From Phoronis australis (taxonomy: Eukaryota > Animalia > Phoronida): a stretch of 64,000 bases of DNA. The notes under the pieces were generated by a model, which had not been told where the DNA came from, searched no databases, and worked only from the letters and a program-made list of their open reading frames with translations. The translations under genes and the position numbers were made by a program. Below are positions 1-13,534 of the stretch, one piece after another. The stretch spans positions 1,800,757 to 1,864,756 of the forward strand of contig NMRA01000009.1 in NCBI GenBank assembly GCA_002633005.1, read 5' to 3'. How positions within the stretch are numbered: position 1 is the stretch's first letter; the number at the start of each line of letters is the position of its first letter.

Positions 1-802
1 GAAACTTCATGAAATCTTTTCATTTTTCATAAAAAAATCATTAACTCTTCATGTTCAACCCACAATTAAACACTTTCCAAATCCTAGATGACTGAAGTAT
101 CTTAATTCTCATGAATCCTTTTAAAAATCTTTGCTTATCACACGATAGTCATTTTTGCACAAATAGCTGTTGAACAGGAATTTCCAAAAAAGCCCTAAGT
201 GTGGGAAACTTCATGAACAATATAGTCATGTGAAAATGCACGGAACAGTGTCCCAGATTTTTATTTACCCTCAAACAACAGAGAAATCAGTTGTCAAAGT
301 AAATTATTGTTCCAATCAAAAAACGTCCCAAGGTTTCGTTCTTAGCGGCATGATTACCTTGGCCATTGACCATAACACAAATACGTAAAATCTCATGCAA
401 AATGACCCACACACTCACGAGAAATCAATATTCAAAACTGCTAAATGCGTCAAAAATCAAAAGGCCTTAAAACGGCCAATAAAGGTTTGTTGCTTAATTG
501 AAATCGATTGAAGTCGCCCCTAACAACTTACAAACTTGACGCACAAATAACACATTATAATAATTGTTATGAGTTGCAATGAAATATAATTTTGTACAAA
601 GTGTGAATATTCTGCAGTCAGCACATATCAAGTACGAGCTTAAATTACAACAGGAAGTAAATAGAATGAAGTTGAAATTGTCCGGCAAAAATCGGCCAAG
701 GTTGGATCGTAAAACACGTGTCTTCAGTGCATCCGCTCATCTGCATTCTGCATTGGTAAGAGAAATGAGGAATTGAGTATGAGACTGAATTGTGCATACT
801 TA

Positions 803-1375
803 GGGCTGTTCCAGTAAAATCTGTATGGGAGGGGGGGGAAGGCACCTTTTTTTCGCACCCACCACCCATATTTTTCATTTATTTCTTCAGCCTACCACCC
901 GTAATTTTTTATAAGTTTGAAATGCAACCACCCGTAATTTTTTTTTGTTCTTGTGGTTGACCGCACAGGTGCTTGAGTTTATCTGTTCCTCCATCACCAC
1001 TAACGTCATTCATTACTAAGAAAACATATGTTTCTTTTATGTGGTTATTAGCCATCGAGAAATTCGAGCACCTGTGGTTAAATGGTGTTATGGGCATGCC
1101 AATGAGGAGATCGGAGGGAGTGAAAAAGTCGGAGCTTTTTGCAAGTTGCATTTTTGTTTCAGTTTTTGATTCTGTGCGGACTGTTAATAAAATTTACTAA
1201 AATTACCCACCATCAAACATTTATGGCCCAATGAAACAACAACTACCTGCAAATTTTTATTTTTTTGAAGTACGACCACCAACCATTTTGAATTTAAAGC
1301 AAACGCAACCACCCATAAATTTTTATTTCAGTTGCCTTCCCCCCACCTCCCACACAGATTTTGCTGGAACAGCCC
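803..1375. mobile_element. PIF/Harbinger-type (Tourist-like) MITE
   Basis: TTA|GGGCTGTTCCAGTAAAATCTGTATGGGAGG ... CCTCCCACACAGATTTTGCTGGAACAGCCC|TTA; 3-bp TTA TSD, GGG termini, internal ACCACCC repeats. Confidence 0.8.
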
Positions 1376-2676
1376 TTACATCAGAAATAGAAGAGGTATG
1401 CGTATTTTTAAAATTTTGCTGACAATGGCAGATTTTTTCTGGTAGGCGATTTCCAACCTCAAGTTTTGGCGACGTCTATTATTATTTGGCATCCTGGGAT
1501 ATTTGCTAAGTCGAATTTGGCAAGTTTACATCAAGCTAAGCATAGTGCACTGCAATAGCACCTTTGTACTACAAGATTTTGGACTGCAGGTAAAAGAGGC
1601 CTCCCAACTTCACTTCATTGTCCTATGAATTCTATAGATCTAGTCTAGCCTAATGAGACCCATAGTATTTCTTGAACCCTGGTACCTCTAGACTGCTGCA
1701 CGGTAACACATACTGCTGCATGAAACCAAGTATATTAACACCATCATCCATTGCACATCTGAAACAGTAAACAATTATCAGGTTACAATTGAAGTCACTG
1801 AATTTGACACTCTTATAGCAAATTAATTACATGGCCTGCGCACGTCCGATGCAATTCAGGTTTTCAACTGTCTAAAATCTTTTTTTTAACAAATTACTCT
1901 AAAGCAGCTTCTTATTTAATTTGTACTTTTCTTATCTCGTAAATTTTTGCTTTTCGTGAATTAGGAAACGACGCACTAAAATGCGTCCAGAGATGAAACA
2001 CTAGTAGTATTATAAGTTGCTGACTTATTCAGCAACAATTCAATATTGGAAGAGCGTAATCAGTGTTCTCTACAGCAGAAAATTAGAAAAAATACAAAGA
2101 TCATGAATATGTTCGAAAGTCTGAGCTCAGAGTATCAGGATTTCGTACATTAATTCTTAAATTAAACTTGCGTCAAAGTACAAAATACGAACTTGTTAGC
2201 TCAACAAATTAAAACAAGTTGTGGAAAACACTGGTAGCTGTGTTTGTAAGCCCCAAAGCAGTCCAGTTCTTACAACATAATGGTGAATTGAATGTGAACA
2301 ACTATAACGAACTGAATGAATATACACCATGATTCTTCAAGAACCTTTTCATTAAATGAATTGGTTGAGAAAAGTTACACTGGTTGACTGGTAGGCAACA
2401 TGTAGCTCATCGGCTGACAGTCTAGCGGCTACAATACTGCCCATCAGTTTCTGCACTATTCTCATCCCGTGTATTTTACATGGGTGGTTGTCCAAATCCT
2501 GTTACCGAATAGGTTTTCGCCTCGTCAAAAATACATTTTACACTTAAAATGTCACTTAGAAAATGGTTACTTTCTTCAGCAATGATGAAGATGAATTTGG
2601 CAAAGAATTCCGACTCCACTTTTGGGTCGCCGTTATCTTTTTCACAGCACGTGATAACCACTAAGTATTTTAATTG

Positions 2677-2910
2677 ACTGAGCCAAGTGCTGGACTGAGC
2701 CAAGCGCCGGACTGAGCCAATCGCAGGACTGAGCCAACCGCGAGACTGAGCCAAGCGTGGGACTGAGCCAAGCGTGGGACTGAGCCAAGCGTGGGACTGA
2801 GCCAAGCGTGGGACTGAGCCAAGCGTGGGACTGAGCCAAGCGTGCGACTGAGCCAAGCGTGGGACTGAGCCAAGCGTGGGACTGAGCCAAGCATGGGACT
2901 AAGCCAAGCG
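2677..2910. repeat. 17-bp minisatellite (GACTGAGCCAAGCGTGG), ~13-14 copies
   Basis: Visible tandem array; it explains the repetitive minus-strand ORFs at 2476-3028. Confidence 0.95.
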
Positions 2911-4307
2911 CATGACACTTGCAAAAATCAGCACGGGAAGATATCCGATGGAATTTGTAAGATTTGTGCCCCTTGGACTTTTTGTTTATCAACAGGCGTG
3001 ATTTCGCATATGTTCCACAAAATGGCACCTGGTTAAAATGGTGAACAAAGCTTCAGTGAACAGATGCAGGTGGATATGTTTTGCCACGAATGTTGCCGCT
3101 TGAATTAGGAAATCTGAAGGTATTTATAGGTTTCGATGTCAACAAATGTAAATAGTGAAAGTGTTACAGTTGCAGATCGGATAAAATGTGCGACTTAAAT
3201 TATTCCCAGATTCGACATCCTTGGAGTTATTCTGGAAGTGCCTGGTGGGCGGCCATATTGGATAGCAGCTGTGTACCTTTCTCTTTATTGTAGGATATCG
3301 TCGAGGGTCTGATTAGAGGTGCTTGTGCTCCAATATTCAGGTAGCCTTACATTTAGCTTTGGCACTAAATATACAGCTTTGCGCAGATGTGGGTAAAAAA
3401 CAGACCACATAAAATTTGACACAAAATTAGTGTCACTAAAAACTATACCCTTCCTTGAGTACACTAAATTATTTACCGGTGTTGGAAAAATTGGCGATCT
3501 ACCGTTATTCTGCAGCTAAATTAAATTGCGGAGCGATCTTATGCGTAGGCTTTTAGCGCCATGAAATATTGTGTCAGTGATTGGCATGTTTCAATTTCTG
3601 ATTCTTCAATCAGCTGTTGTTATTTCACGAAGTTGCCTACACATCACAACAAATTATCAGAACTGGTTTCCTTTCATTATAAGTTTTCAGAATTTTGATA
3701 CCAAAAACAGAATTTCAGAAGAAATTTTGCTGCGGCCAAGCTATCATCATCTCCCGAGAGATGTTGCAAAAATTTAGGAAAGGGCGCGTGCGCGTATCAC
3801 GAGCATACTGCTTTCAAAACGACGACATAACTTTTCTTTGTTGGAAAAGGCAGAGAATTACGCAAGAAAATGATGTTTATTAGATTGTTCTCCAATTAAA
3901 CGGATGTAACGGGCAAGGTGAGTGTTGTTTGATTCCCAGATTTTGCATGCACACCATCCGGTCTTTAGCTCTACATGTTGATACAGGTTTCACGTTGAGT
4001 TGACCAGCAGAACTACACTGGATGTGAGCAATTTTGGGGTCTATGGAAGAAATACACACAGTGGTACTGGTACCTAGCTGACCTAGCTGTATTTTGACGA
4101 GTCTTCATACAGCTAATTAGCTGGCTAGCTTGCATTATGAATCTAACTAGTGAACCTGTAGCCACGAATACAACAATATTAACTGGTTCTCAAACATATT
4201 TCAAATCAGGGACCCACATATCGAACTGTTACCTCAATGTATAAATATGCATGATTCATTCGATGTTATTCGCTGTGTTTTGCTTTTGAGATGAGCAGTA
4301 ATGCTAG

Positions 4308-6375
4308 TAGACAATGACCATCGTCTCTATCAAGAATAGAGACGATGATGCTCCTATAGGAGCTCTATACGCCGGAAGCGTTTTGGTGAATTATGCCTTG
4401 CACTGACTAAAACATCAAAGCCACGTTGTTACAAATACCTCATGCTCATAGAGGGACATCTTACGAAGTTGTCGATGTGTTCAATTCCTTCCAACTCGAA
4501 CAAATACTCCTGTTATCAAACGTTTTTTTTGAGCAGTCCCTCGTTCAGTTCCCAAAATCATGAACTCACCATTTTCACACTGCACATGCTCCAATTTTTA
4601 CCGCGCCCGCTGGGTGATATGACCTCAATCTTTTAAATAGGCCAATTGCGAGAAATTGTGGTCTTGTCAATCAAATGTTTGTTTCCACGACAATGTCTCA
4701 GCAGGCTGCCACTACTCGTCTTTAATTGGCGTTACTTGAAACTGATTGTAGTTAATGATTTATTGTTTACATTTGATAAAAATAAATGCTGTTGATAAGA
4801 CATTTAGTTGTCTTTGTGCACATATTTGACATTTTAATGTTTAAAAGGTTTTAAGTTAGGGTTCATATGATTCGTTTTCCGAAGTTCATTTGCAACAGGT
4901 AACGAACAAGTTTCTAGTTTTACGCACTTTATTCTAATGTATTATTACTAAACGTGTCTGTTCAGTGTCAGTTTCGCTCAAAACATGATTTATCTGCCAG
5001 TTGATAAATTTAAGTATGATCTCGTACATAATCAACTAAACCATTTTATTGAGAGGTCTTTAAATACAAGCCTGTCACGGTTCTTACACGGTGATACTGA
5101 CTTACAAATTAAGATATACATACAAGTTAAAACAATTCAGTTGAGTATTAACATGGACAGTGAGAGACGTTACATGAATTGCAACGAACCTTTTAAAAAG
5201 CCAAAAGGCCACCTAAAGACACTGAAATACGGAGGCGTAACCGTAGACAGCATTGCACGAAAACTTAGGTATATTTGCTTCCCCACCAAAGACAAAAAGT
5301 CCGTTTTTGAGAAAGCGCTGTGTTATACTCGTTTTTCTTGTCTCGGGAGAATTGTTAAAGCTCAAATAAAGCTTAAAGAGCAGAAAGAGATTTTCACATC
5401 CAGACGTCGGAACAAAACGTATCTCTTTGAAAGGAAGAAAGAAAAAGAAACAGCAATCGGACGATGATTTATCGGCAAAAAAAAAGAAAGGTACTTTTAT
5501 GCAAAGTTGTTGTTTTCTGTAAGCTTCACTACAAGTTTTGTGTTAAATTACAGGTCACTGCATGAGTTCCTGTTGTGGCATTTGGCCTGCCTCAAATGAG
5601 AATGAGACCGTGCACATGAGACCGTGTTTAGGTGAATAAACACAATGCGCTATATTTTTATTGAAGTGGGTCCCAAATGCCTGTGAATGGCAAAATGACA
5701 ACCAAGCAGTTTCATTATTTGTGAATGGTGTTAGCGACTGAAATATATTAGGTAAACATCATGCGCGCACCCAGGACGGAGGCTCAAAGGAGACCCCCCT
5801 CCCCCATTTGGCTAAGTGGGCAAAGAGGTCCGCCTCAGAGAAACAAAAAGTCCGCGAAAATGTGACGAAAGTGCTCTAAAAAAGCGCAAACACACAATTC
5901 AGAGCTCTGAAGGTGGAACCCCATTTTTTTATTTAGTCTTCTCGCTTTTTTGTTAGTAAAAGGTCCACATCATCAGAAAGTCGAGCCCCCCTCATTTCAC
6001 TTCAGCTTTCAAAGTTTGCCGGTAGGACCGCAACTTCTGACCTTCGGCCTTGTTAAAAGAATGAGGTCATATTTCTTGGCGTGCGGAGAGTGAAAATGGT
6101 GAGTTCACGATTTTGGGAACTGAACGAGGGACTGCTCGAAAAAAGTTTGATAACGGGAGTATTTGTTCGAGTTGGAAGGAATTAAACGCATCGACAACCT
6201 CGTAAGGTGTCCCTCTATGCGCAAAAGGTATTTATAACAACGTGACTTTGATGCTTTAGTCAGTGCAAGGCATAATTCGCTGAAACGCTTCCGGCGTATA
6301 GAGCTCCTATAGGAGCGTCATCGTCTCTATTCTGGATAGAGACGATGCCACGATGGTCATCATTGTCATTGTCTA
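4308..6375. mobile_element. Diverged copy of the same long-TIR family with a ~1.15-kb internal insertion
   Basis: Termini TAGACAATGACCATCG ... CATTGTCTA. 4308-4844 and ~5999-6375 are colinear with the 62626 and 17271 copies; 4845-~5998 is unrelated sequence. No TSD visible. Confidence 0.75.
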
Positions 6376-6900
6376 CAACTGTCTCGTGTTTGACTGTGGT
6401 GAGTGCAACATGCCATGGCGATGTAATTGCCTAGGACAATACAGGCCCTGTGATTTAAGTGCTGCCAATGTGCTAAAAGATACTGAACAAACTTAGCCAT
6501 TTTACCTCTCACCACAGACAGTAGCTACCGTCTGTACTCGACCAGCATAGCAGGCAACCTCACCAACTTTCGCCTTCCCCCCAAGTCTCTCCTGCCTTCT
6601 CGCCACCTGGTGTCAAATTTTTATACTCTCAAATATATTTTATCAAAAGTAATTTTTTTGCTAATAATTCATTTATGTGTTCAATTTCCGGTTTTGATTT
6701 GAATTCAATTTCCCAAAATCGTGCAATTTAATTCTCGAATTAGTACAGTATGCGTCTCAAAAAAGTTGAAAACATTCTCGTCAGTTGCGCATGTGCGGTC
6801 AACTCGCTGGTTCCCTGCGTGCCGCTAGGTGGGGCGGTAGCCGCGCCAGCACGCAGGTATCACTTAAATTTCCTCTGTAAATTTTTTTACACCGGCGTTT

Positions 6901-6910
6901 CTGATTGGCT
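6901..6910 (+). promoter_or_regulatory. Reverse CCAAT box upstream of transposase ATG
   Basis: CTGATTGGCT about 65 nt upstream of ATG 6974, just inside the left terminal repeat. Confidence 0.35.
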
Positions 6911-6973
6911 AGTCGATTCGTCAACAGGGAGCGCTTTAATACGTAAACAAACGGACATGACAGTTATAGAGCA

Positions 6974-9900
6974 ATGGACAACACGCCGGTTAAATCCGCC
7001 AGGTCTGTGTGCTTTGTATGTGGTTCAAGCCAACGTCTGTTGAACATTACAGCGGAATCAAAACACTTGCTGTCACACCACCTGCATGTTTGTGTTATGG
7101 AGGGTAGTATCTGTAGTTTTTGTTGTGCCAAATTAGAAACAATTAACAAGAAGACAACAGAATTAAAGAAGTTATATGACCAAAACATCGTTCATAAAAA
7201 AAGAATGCCATCAAAGGCATCAGCAACTGTGACCACACCGCAGTTGAAACGTGGACGTATCCTGGGTGGATCGCCTGAGAAAATTAGTGCACAGAATTAC
7301 TATCGACCAATTTTGCCACTGCCGGGTAGCAGGATTCCTGTAAGAAGTCCACATAAGGAACCTGTGGAGAGAGATTCTCTAAACCGGCGTGTACTAAAGG
7401 AAACAACTGCAAATGTTAAAGCATCTGCCAAGCGAAACCTCTTAGCAGATCACCAATACAGTAGAGACAAGACTGTTCCTAAACCAAGAAGCAACAAAAA
7501 AAACAAGACAAGAGATCCTGTTGCTGTCGAAGTTGAGCAATTAATTCAACTGTCTCCATCCACAGAAACCATATCAGCATCTGAATATTCCAGGATAGTA
7601 CAGGCTATACAAACGAAGAGTGTCTCCCAAATTGTGGATGCTATCATGTGTGTTTCCAAGATAAGGAATTGTGTTGTAGATTGGTTAAGTAAGTACTTCT
7701 CTGCTGCCATAGAGTGGTATGGCAAGAAAACAGGGGACAAAGCCTACCTCAGTGCCATTGGATATGATGACTTGGTAGAATTTGAATGGAGCAAAATAGT
7801 CAACGAAGCATCACAGAAAGTACCACTACTGCTCAAAATTATTCTTCGAGTTATGTTACCAGTTCATAGACAGACATCGAGTAATGTAGAGGGACTGTTG
7901 CCTCGCATCGGTATGATGTGGTCTATGATGTTGCAGGCTCGCTACGACTACTTGAGTAGGGCAGCAAGAGTCATCACTCTGTGCTTGTGTGACAACAACG
8001 TTGATCAGAAGGTTTGTGTAGCATTTATAAAAATTATAGAACTCAGAACCATTAGACTACTTTTATGCAAACTTGTCATTTTTATTCATGCACACATCTA
8101 ATTTATGTGTAAAATACATGCATTTCTGAAACGTTACAACTGGAATATGATGACCTGTGATTGGTAAAATTATTCATGGAATCTTAAATGTGTTACCTCA
8201 GAGTTTTGAGCTTACCCAATATTATTTTAACTTGGAATATCGATCGGCTGCCCTGACTTCAAAATTCTAGGAATTGTTTTTCTGTCAGTTCCACCTCCAT
8301 TTCTGGTGAAGAAATCACTAATTCAATTAATTTCAAAATACTGAACCAAGGTACACTTCATTCTGCGTAGCTTTGAAGCAATGCCCCCTTGAATTATCCC
8401 AACATTGTTATCTAGAAAATTGTAGAATGCTGTTGAAATAAATTGTGTATAATGGTTCAATTTCATTAGTAATGTTTCATTATTGTTTTGTTTTTCAGGA
8501 CAATTAATGCTGCTGAGGTTAAGTGTGTCTGGATACTTTGGATAATGGAATCAGTGGGAGACTCGAAATTCACCAGGAGACGCTTAGGTCATACCTTTGT
8601 AAATGTAGGCATACAGGTAGTAGTTACTTTGGACTTGAAGCCCACAGATGTGCCCATTTGCCATGAAAAAGTCACCCTTTTGAGCGCCACATCCCATACA
8701 TTTCTTTGAGATTACCTGGACCCCAGGCCCCAACATGACAAAATGCTCTCCATCCATTCAGATGTGAATAAATAGGAAGCTTTATTCATTCGCTCTACCT
8801 AGCGAATATCGAGTCACCCATTCGTATACCCTGCTAACTGCATGCTGTATAGTGACTAGTGCTTTTATGGCTGATTCTGCTGGACTGGTAGCTGACTGTG
8901 ATTACTAGTTAATCTAAAACATAGTTAGTGTAAATAATTCCAATGGTTGCAACCTACCATTCATTTTAGTGTCTTCTTCCAAACTAACAATATCACCATC
9001 ATCATCTCTAATGCATTTTGATATTGATAATACTTAATAAAAGATGCCTTGTGTTACCAAAAGCCACAAGGTCACCGGTGTACTGCTGTTTTATCAATTT
9101 CTCATAGTCACAGACATGATTCATCACACGGTAATCGTACATAGTGTCACTTTGATTATAACGAGTCCATTAGAAGTATGGCATCTGTGACATGGGTTTT
9201 ATTGTTTGTAAATTGTTCACTAGCCTATGTGTTTTGTATTGTCTTCACTAACACTCCCACGCTCTTCCTTGTCATAGATATCATGAACATATGTTTTAAT
9301 GACATACTACTTTTTAGGTATATGATCGTTTGGATACACTTGGTGTGTGCTTGTCTTATCCTTCTTGTCAAAGACTTCTGAAACTCATTGGAGACCACTA
9401 TAAGGATGAAGTAGTCAAAGCAGTGAAGGAAAACAAAAGGTATAATTGCATGTTTGAGTGTATGGTACCCAAGCAAACATTTCTTCATGATCACAGAAAA
9501 TTCCACCATGTAAGCTCAACACTAGAAGGCTAAGTTTTACCTCAAAGTTGAAAGTTTCTTTGGCACAATTGGTGATATTAGTAACATTGTTTCAAAATGC
9601 CTGAGAGGCAACAAAAACACTCTGACACCGAACACTGTTTAAGGTTTTTGAAACCAAGTCCTCGGGGAATTTTAAATTCTGTAGTTTTGCACAACTGCAG
9701 TAATTGGAAGATAGTTTGTATAATCAATTAGGCTCACCTAATGTATACGAGTTTGTGTAGTGGTAATCTTCACAGGGTCATCATATCAGTTCTCATGTTT
9801 TTTGTCCTCGTAATGTCAACTGAATTCTTTTCAAGTCAAACTGTCATTGCAACTCGTCTATCAGTATTTGCTCAATGCGATACAACATACTTTATATCTA

Positions 9901-12900
9901 TAAAGAATATTTGTATCTGTTAAAGGTTCAAGCTTGTTGGCGACAACATCAACTGGGTTACAGGAGTAAGCGAACAGAGAACTGATCACACCACAAAGGT
10001 TCACCATGCATTTGGCTCGATGGCAGTGGTGCAGAATGTGAATTTTGATCATTTGCCATCAGATTCACCGCAACAGAATTATTGGGAGGTGAACATGAAG
10101 CAATATCTAATGACTGAACATGAATGGATGGAATTGCGCAGTAACTACGTAATTCTTATTGCAAGAGTGGCAAAGAAATTGTTCCCAGCATTAGCGCGTC
10201 TCCCAGTGAAAGAAATTAGAGGAGTGCTGGCTGAAGAGCTGAAGGCCCAAACTAAAGTTGTCCCTCTGCCAGTGCTGTTCAAAAATGAGCAGTACTATCC
10301 TGATGTGGTTGATATCATGAAGTTCTATGAAGAGTTCATACAAGTAATTAAAAATTAAATTTATGACAAAAGTCAACTGAACAGGAAATTGAATAATATA
10401 CAACAGTAATGACATTTAAGACAATGCCCCATTTCAGGTGTATTCGTTCATTTTTCCACTGAACGTAGAGCAACATATGTCTTGTAAATCTGTAAAGAAC
10501 TGTTTGCAGCAACTGCATTGTACTTGCTATGGCTTGAAGCAAGATTGGTAACTCTGTTACAAGTGTACCGAGGTCAAACAAGCGCTTTTGATCTATTTGT
10601 TGAACCATAACGGGGAAAGGCTATGGACTCCCAAATCACATAATTCTGGTTTTGTAATACAGAAGCTATGTTCTGAAGATTGGCGTTACTTTTATCATTT
10701 CTCATGACAGGAAGTAACTGTGCAGTAACAATTGACAAAACTGCTTCTGGTTCAAATTGTGAGAACCAGGATTAGTGTTCCTTTAAGTAACAACACCATT
10801 TTCACAAACTTGTATGAATACAATACAATGCATTGCATTTATATTGCGGTCACTGGCATGACTGTAAACTCATATTATTTGCTGTTATAATGGGGAATGT
10901 GCACTACCGTATTATGAAGGCCCACCTGTCTGAGGGACCGTTGCTCTGAAACTTCGAAATTGTCTTTTGGAATGGTGGTATGCAATGTTGTACTAATGTA
11001 CCTACTCTTTGTTTTGTTTTTTTTTTTCAGTCAGTGTTCACAGAGGCACAAAAAGATAAAGCTAAAGTTCAGACTGGAGGTGATCAGCTCACACGAGAAA
11101 GGTTTTCGGGGGCTAAACGACTGATGGTGAATGAACTAACACCAGAGGGCCGCTTTGAATACTTAAGTCCGATAACTAATGAGTTTTTTCACCTATTGCT
11201 CAATTATCTTATTGCCTTTTTCAAACAACTTTATGATAGTGACTCTGACCAAGATGTGGGAACAATGAAATCTGAACAAACAAGACTACGTAGAAGTAAT
11301 GTTGACAAGGACGTAAGAAAGGCTTATTCCGAGGACAAGGATTTTACCCTCTCATTTATCAATGCCTATATTGCAGAGGCAATACTGGATCATTTCAAAA
11401 TTACTGCTATTGATTCTGCGATAGAAGCTGTACCTGAAAGTGACGACGAGTTGGAACTGTGGATGCAAAGAGAACTTGGAAGCATTGTGGACAAGTACGT
11501 CGCACCAAACATGATGGAAACCATACATTCATGGCATAACAACCAGGAACAAGTTCAAGGTTTGATGTGTCTGTGCACTCAAATCATTTAAAACATGTTT
11601 AAATCATTGGTTATTTGTAGGGTTACATGTTACACATTCTGACTGCTCATTTATTGCCTAAAATGTCATTGTTGCCAGTTGACAGAACTGACATGAGGAA
11701 TTATAAAAGACTGGCTTAATTGTGTTCAGCGAAACTTGTAAAATCTTATTTTTAATAAACTCAGCCAATTAAGATTCAATGGAATGGAGCTATATTTGTA
11801 AGACGTAATCCACAGTGTTACATTAGTTTGCTAGCCATACCACAGAATTTAATACGACTATAGCAACAGTCTTACTTACATGTGTTTCAATAACTATAAG
11901 TAAGCAATGATCAGAGAGTGACACTAAATCACGTTACAACAACTAATTTACACCAAATCATGTGAACGTAGGATGTTCATTCATTCTCCAAAAAGGAAGA
12001 ATGTCCTTAACATTTTTCAATACTATCAGAAATTATCCATTATGAAATGTCCATTTTCAGATGCTCTTGGGTGTGGCATGTTCAGTATTGTGACATAATT
12101 TCTTAACAGGGACATCATTTGTACCACTTGCAGTTTAAAGATAAACTCCATGTTTTGGTTCTAATGACTGAAACGATACACATATATTCAATGTCGTTAA
12201 TCATGAATTCTGTTATTGGCATTTCAGAAGATGGTCATGTATTGTTTCTTCGTATTGGTGATAGTCGTTCTGTCCAAGAAGTCATTGTACCAACACAAGA
12301 TAAAGTTAAAGACTATGGTCATTTGGTGTTGGAGATGGGGTTACTATATATGGAACTGTTGGACATGGTTAAAAACCCAGACCGCGACAGAGGAATTAGA
12401 GTTCTGAAGCTAGCAATGGTTGCTTTTAAAAGCAACAACAACTTATCAAAATATGCGAATGAGATACTAAGGTTTCTAGTGCACCAACTGACTCGGCTCT
12501 CTGAAAAAGAAGCACATGAAGAATTTTATGGATTGTTCGTTAACACTGCAGGCAAATTTGACTCTCACATACCAGCAGATGAGAGGATGGAGTACCTTGT
12601 CGGTTCTGTAAAGAAACATATCAAGCACATGTATTCCAACCAAACGGAAAGCTTTGTTACAGCAAAGAGTAGTGCACTAGCTGGACTGCATGAAATAAGT
12701 GAAAACTTTGACCGTTGTAGTAATGTCGTGGTCAGATCAAAGAAACACACTGCTCGTTCGGCTCTAGAAGATGAAAAACTTATGATAACAGATCTCCACG
12801 TCATGAGGCCATTTCAGTTTATACCAGGACGATACCACAGTAGATTTCGAAATGTGAAAGGTAGTTTAGTAGAACAAATTAACTCGTGTGAATTACTTCA

Positions 12901-12949
12901 GTGGATTCACAGAAAGAACCACGAGTTTGCAACTGAATTTGGCAATTGA
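6974..12949 (+). CDS. AcademH-type DDE transposase (DUF6589-like), 5 exons, ~942 aa
   Basis: Exons 6974-8011, 9318-9439, 9926-10343, 11031-11559, 12228-12949; all GT-AG and phase-compatible (0,2,0,1); total 2829 nt with no internal stop. N-terminal CxxC...CxxC (CFVC...CSFC), basic linker, then LVGDNIN, GGDQLTRER, EFFHLL, NxxGK and ADERMEYLV motifs (candidate D-D-E triad). Confidence 0.85.
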
Positions 12950-12991
12950 ACAGTTGTTTACTAAATGAAATCAATGGATGAGAACAAGTTA

Positions 12992-13263
12992 CCGTATTCG
13001 TTCTAATGAGCGCCCAGGGAGCTTGGAAAATTTGTTTTGGGAGGGAGGGCACTTATTTTAGTCTAATGCAGTTGAAATGGTTGAAATCAAAGGTAGTCGG
13101 ATATTACTGATAAACTGAAGACCTTGCTGTAGAATTTTAGAATTGTAGGTTAGGCATTTTTCACAAGTATACACCTTCATGTGTTAAGCACTTATTTTAG
13201 CGAAGTCTGAAAATGCGTGCAGGGCGCTTATTGGGGCATGGGTGCTTATTAGGGCGAATACGG
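12992..13263. mobile_element. Tc1/mariner-type MITE nested between the transposase and helicase 3' ends
   Basis: TA|CCGTATTCGTTCTAATGAGCGCCC ... GGGTGCTTATTAGGGCGAATACGG|TA: ~24-bp imperfect TIR with TA TSD. Confidence 0.7.
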
Positions 13264-13534
13264 TAATACATATATTTTGCTCAAAGTGATTTTCGTCACC
13301 TGTACAATGGTTTCACAATAGCCTATAAGCATTCTCATGCTATTCACAGTCTTTATCAATACATACACTGTATGTAAATATCAAACAACAACAAGTATGG
13401 TACTAAGCACTTTTCAATTTTGTACAAACAAAAGCAAAATTGTGCATAACAAATTCTAGTAATTAAAATGTAATGCAACAACCAGCTGTACACCAACTCC
13501 AAAGTACCCAGTCATATCCACAAACAGTATCAAT

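Noticed and set aside
2150-2670. Possible decayed MULE-like transposase on the minus strand (DNHPCKIH; LTNTATSVFHN)
   Set aside because: Fragmentary, needs frameshifts, and the resemblance is too weak to support without a search.
2677-2910. Possible CRISPR-like array (also considered for the 31-, 33-, 37- and 49-bp arrays)
   Set aside because: Head-to-tail units with no unique spacers, no cas genes, eukaryotic context.
2476-3028. Repetitive minus-strand ORFs (AQSHAWLSPTLGSVPRL)n
   Set aside because: Translation products of the 17-bp minisatellite in all three frames.
6750-7043. 97-aa ORF spanning the left transposon end
   Set aside because: Crosses the TSD/TIR junction and has no recognisable motif; chance ORF.
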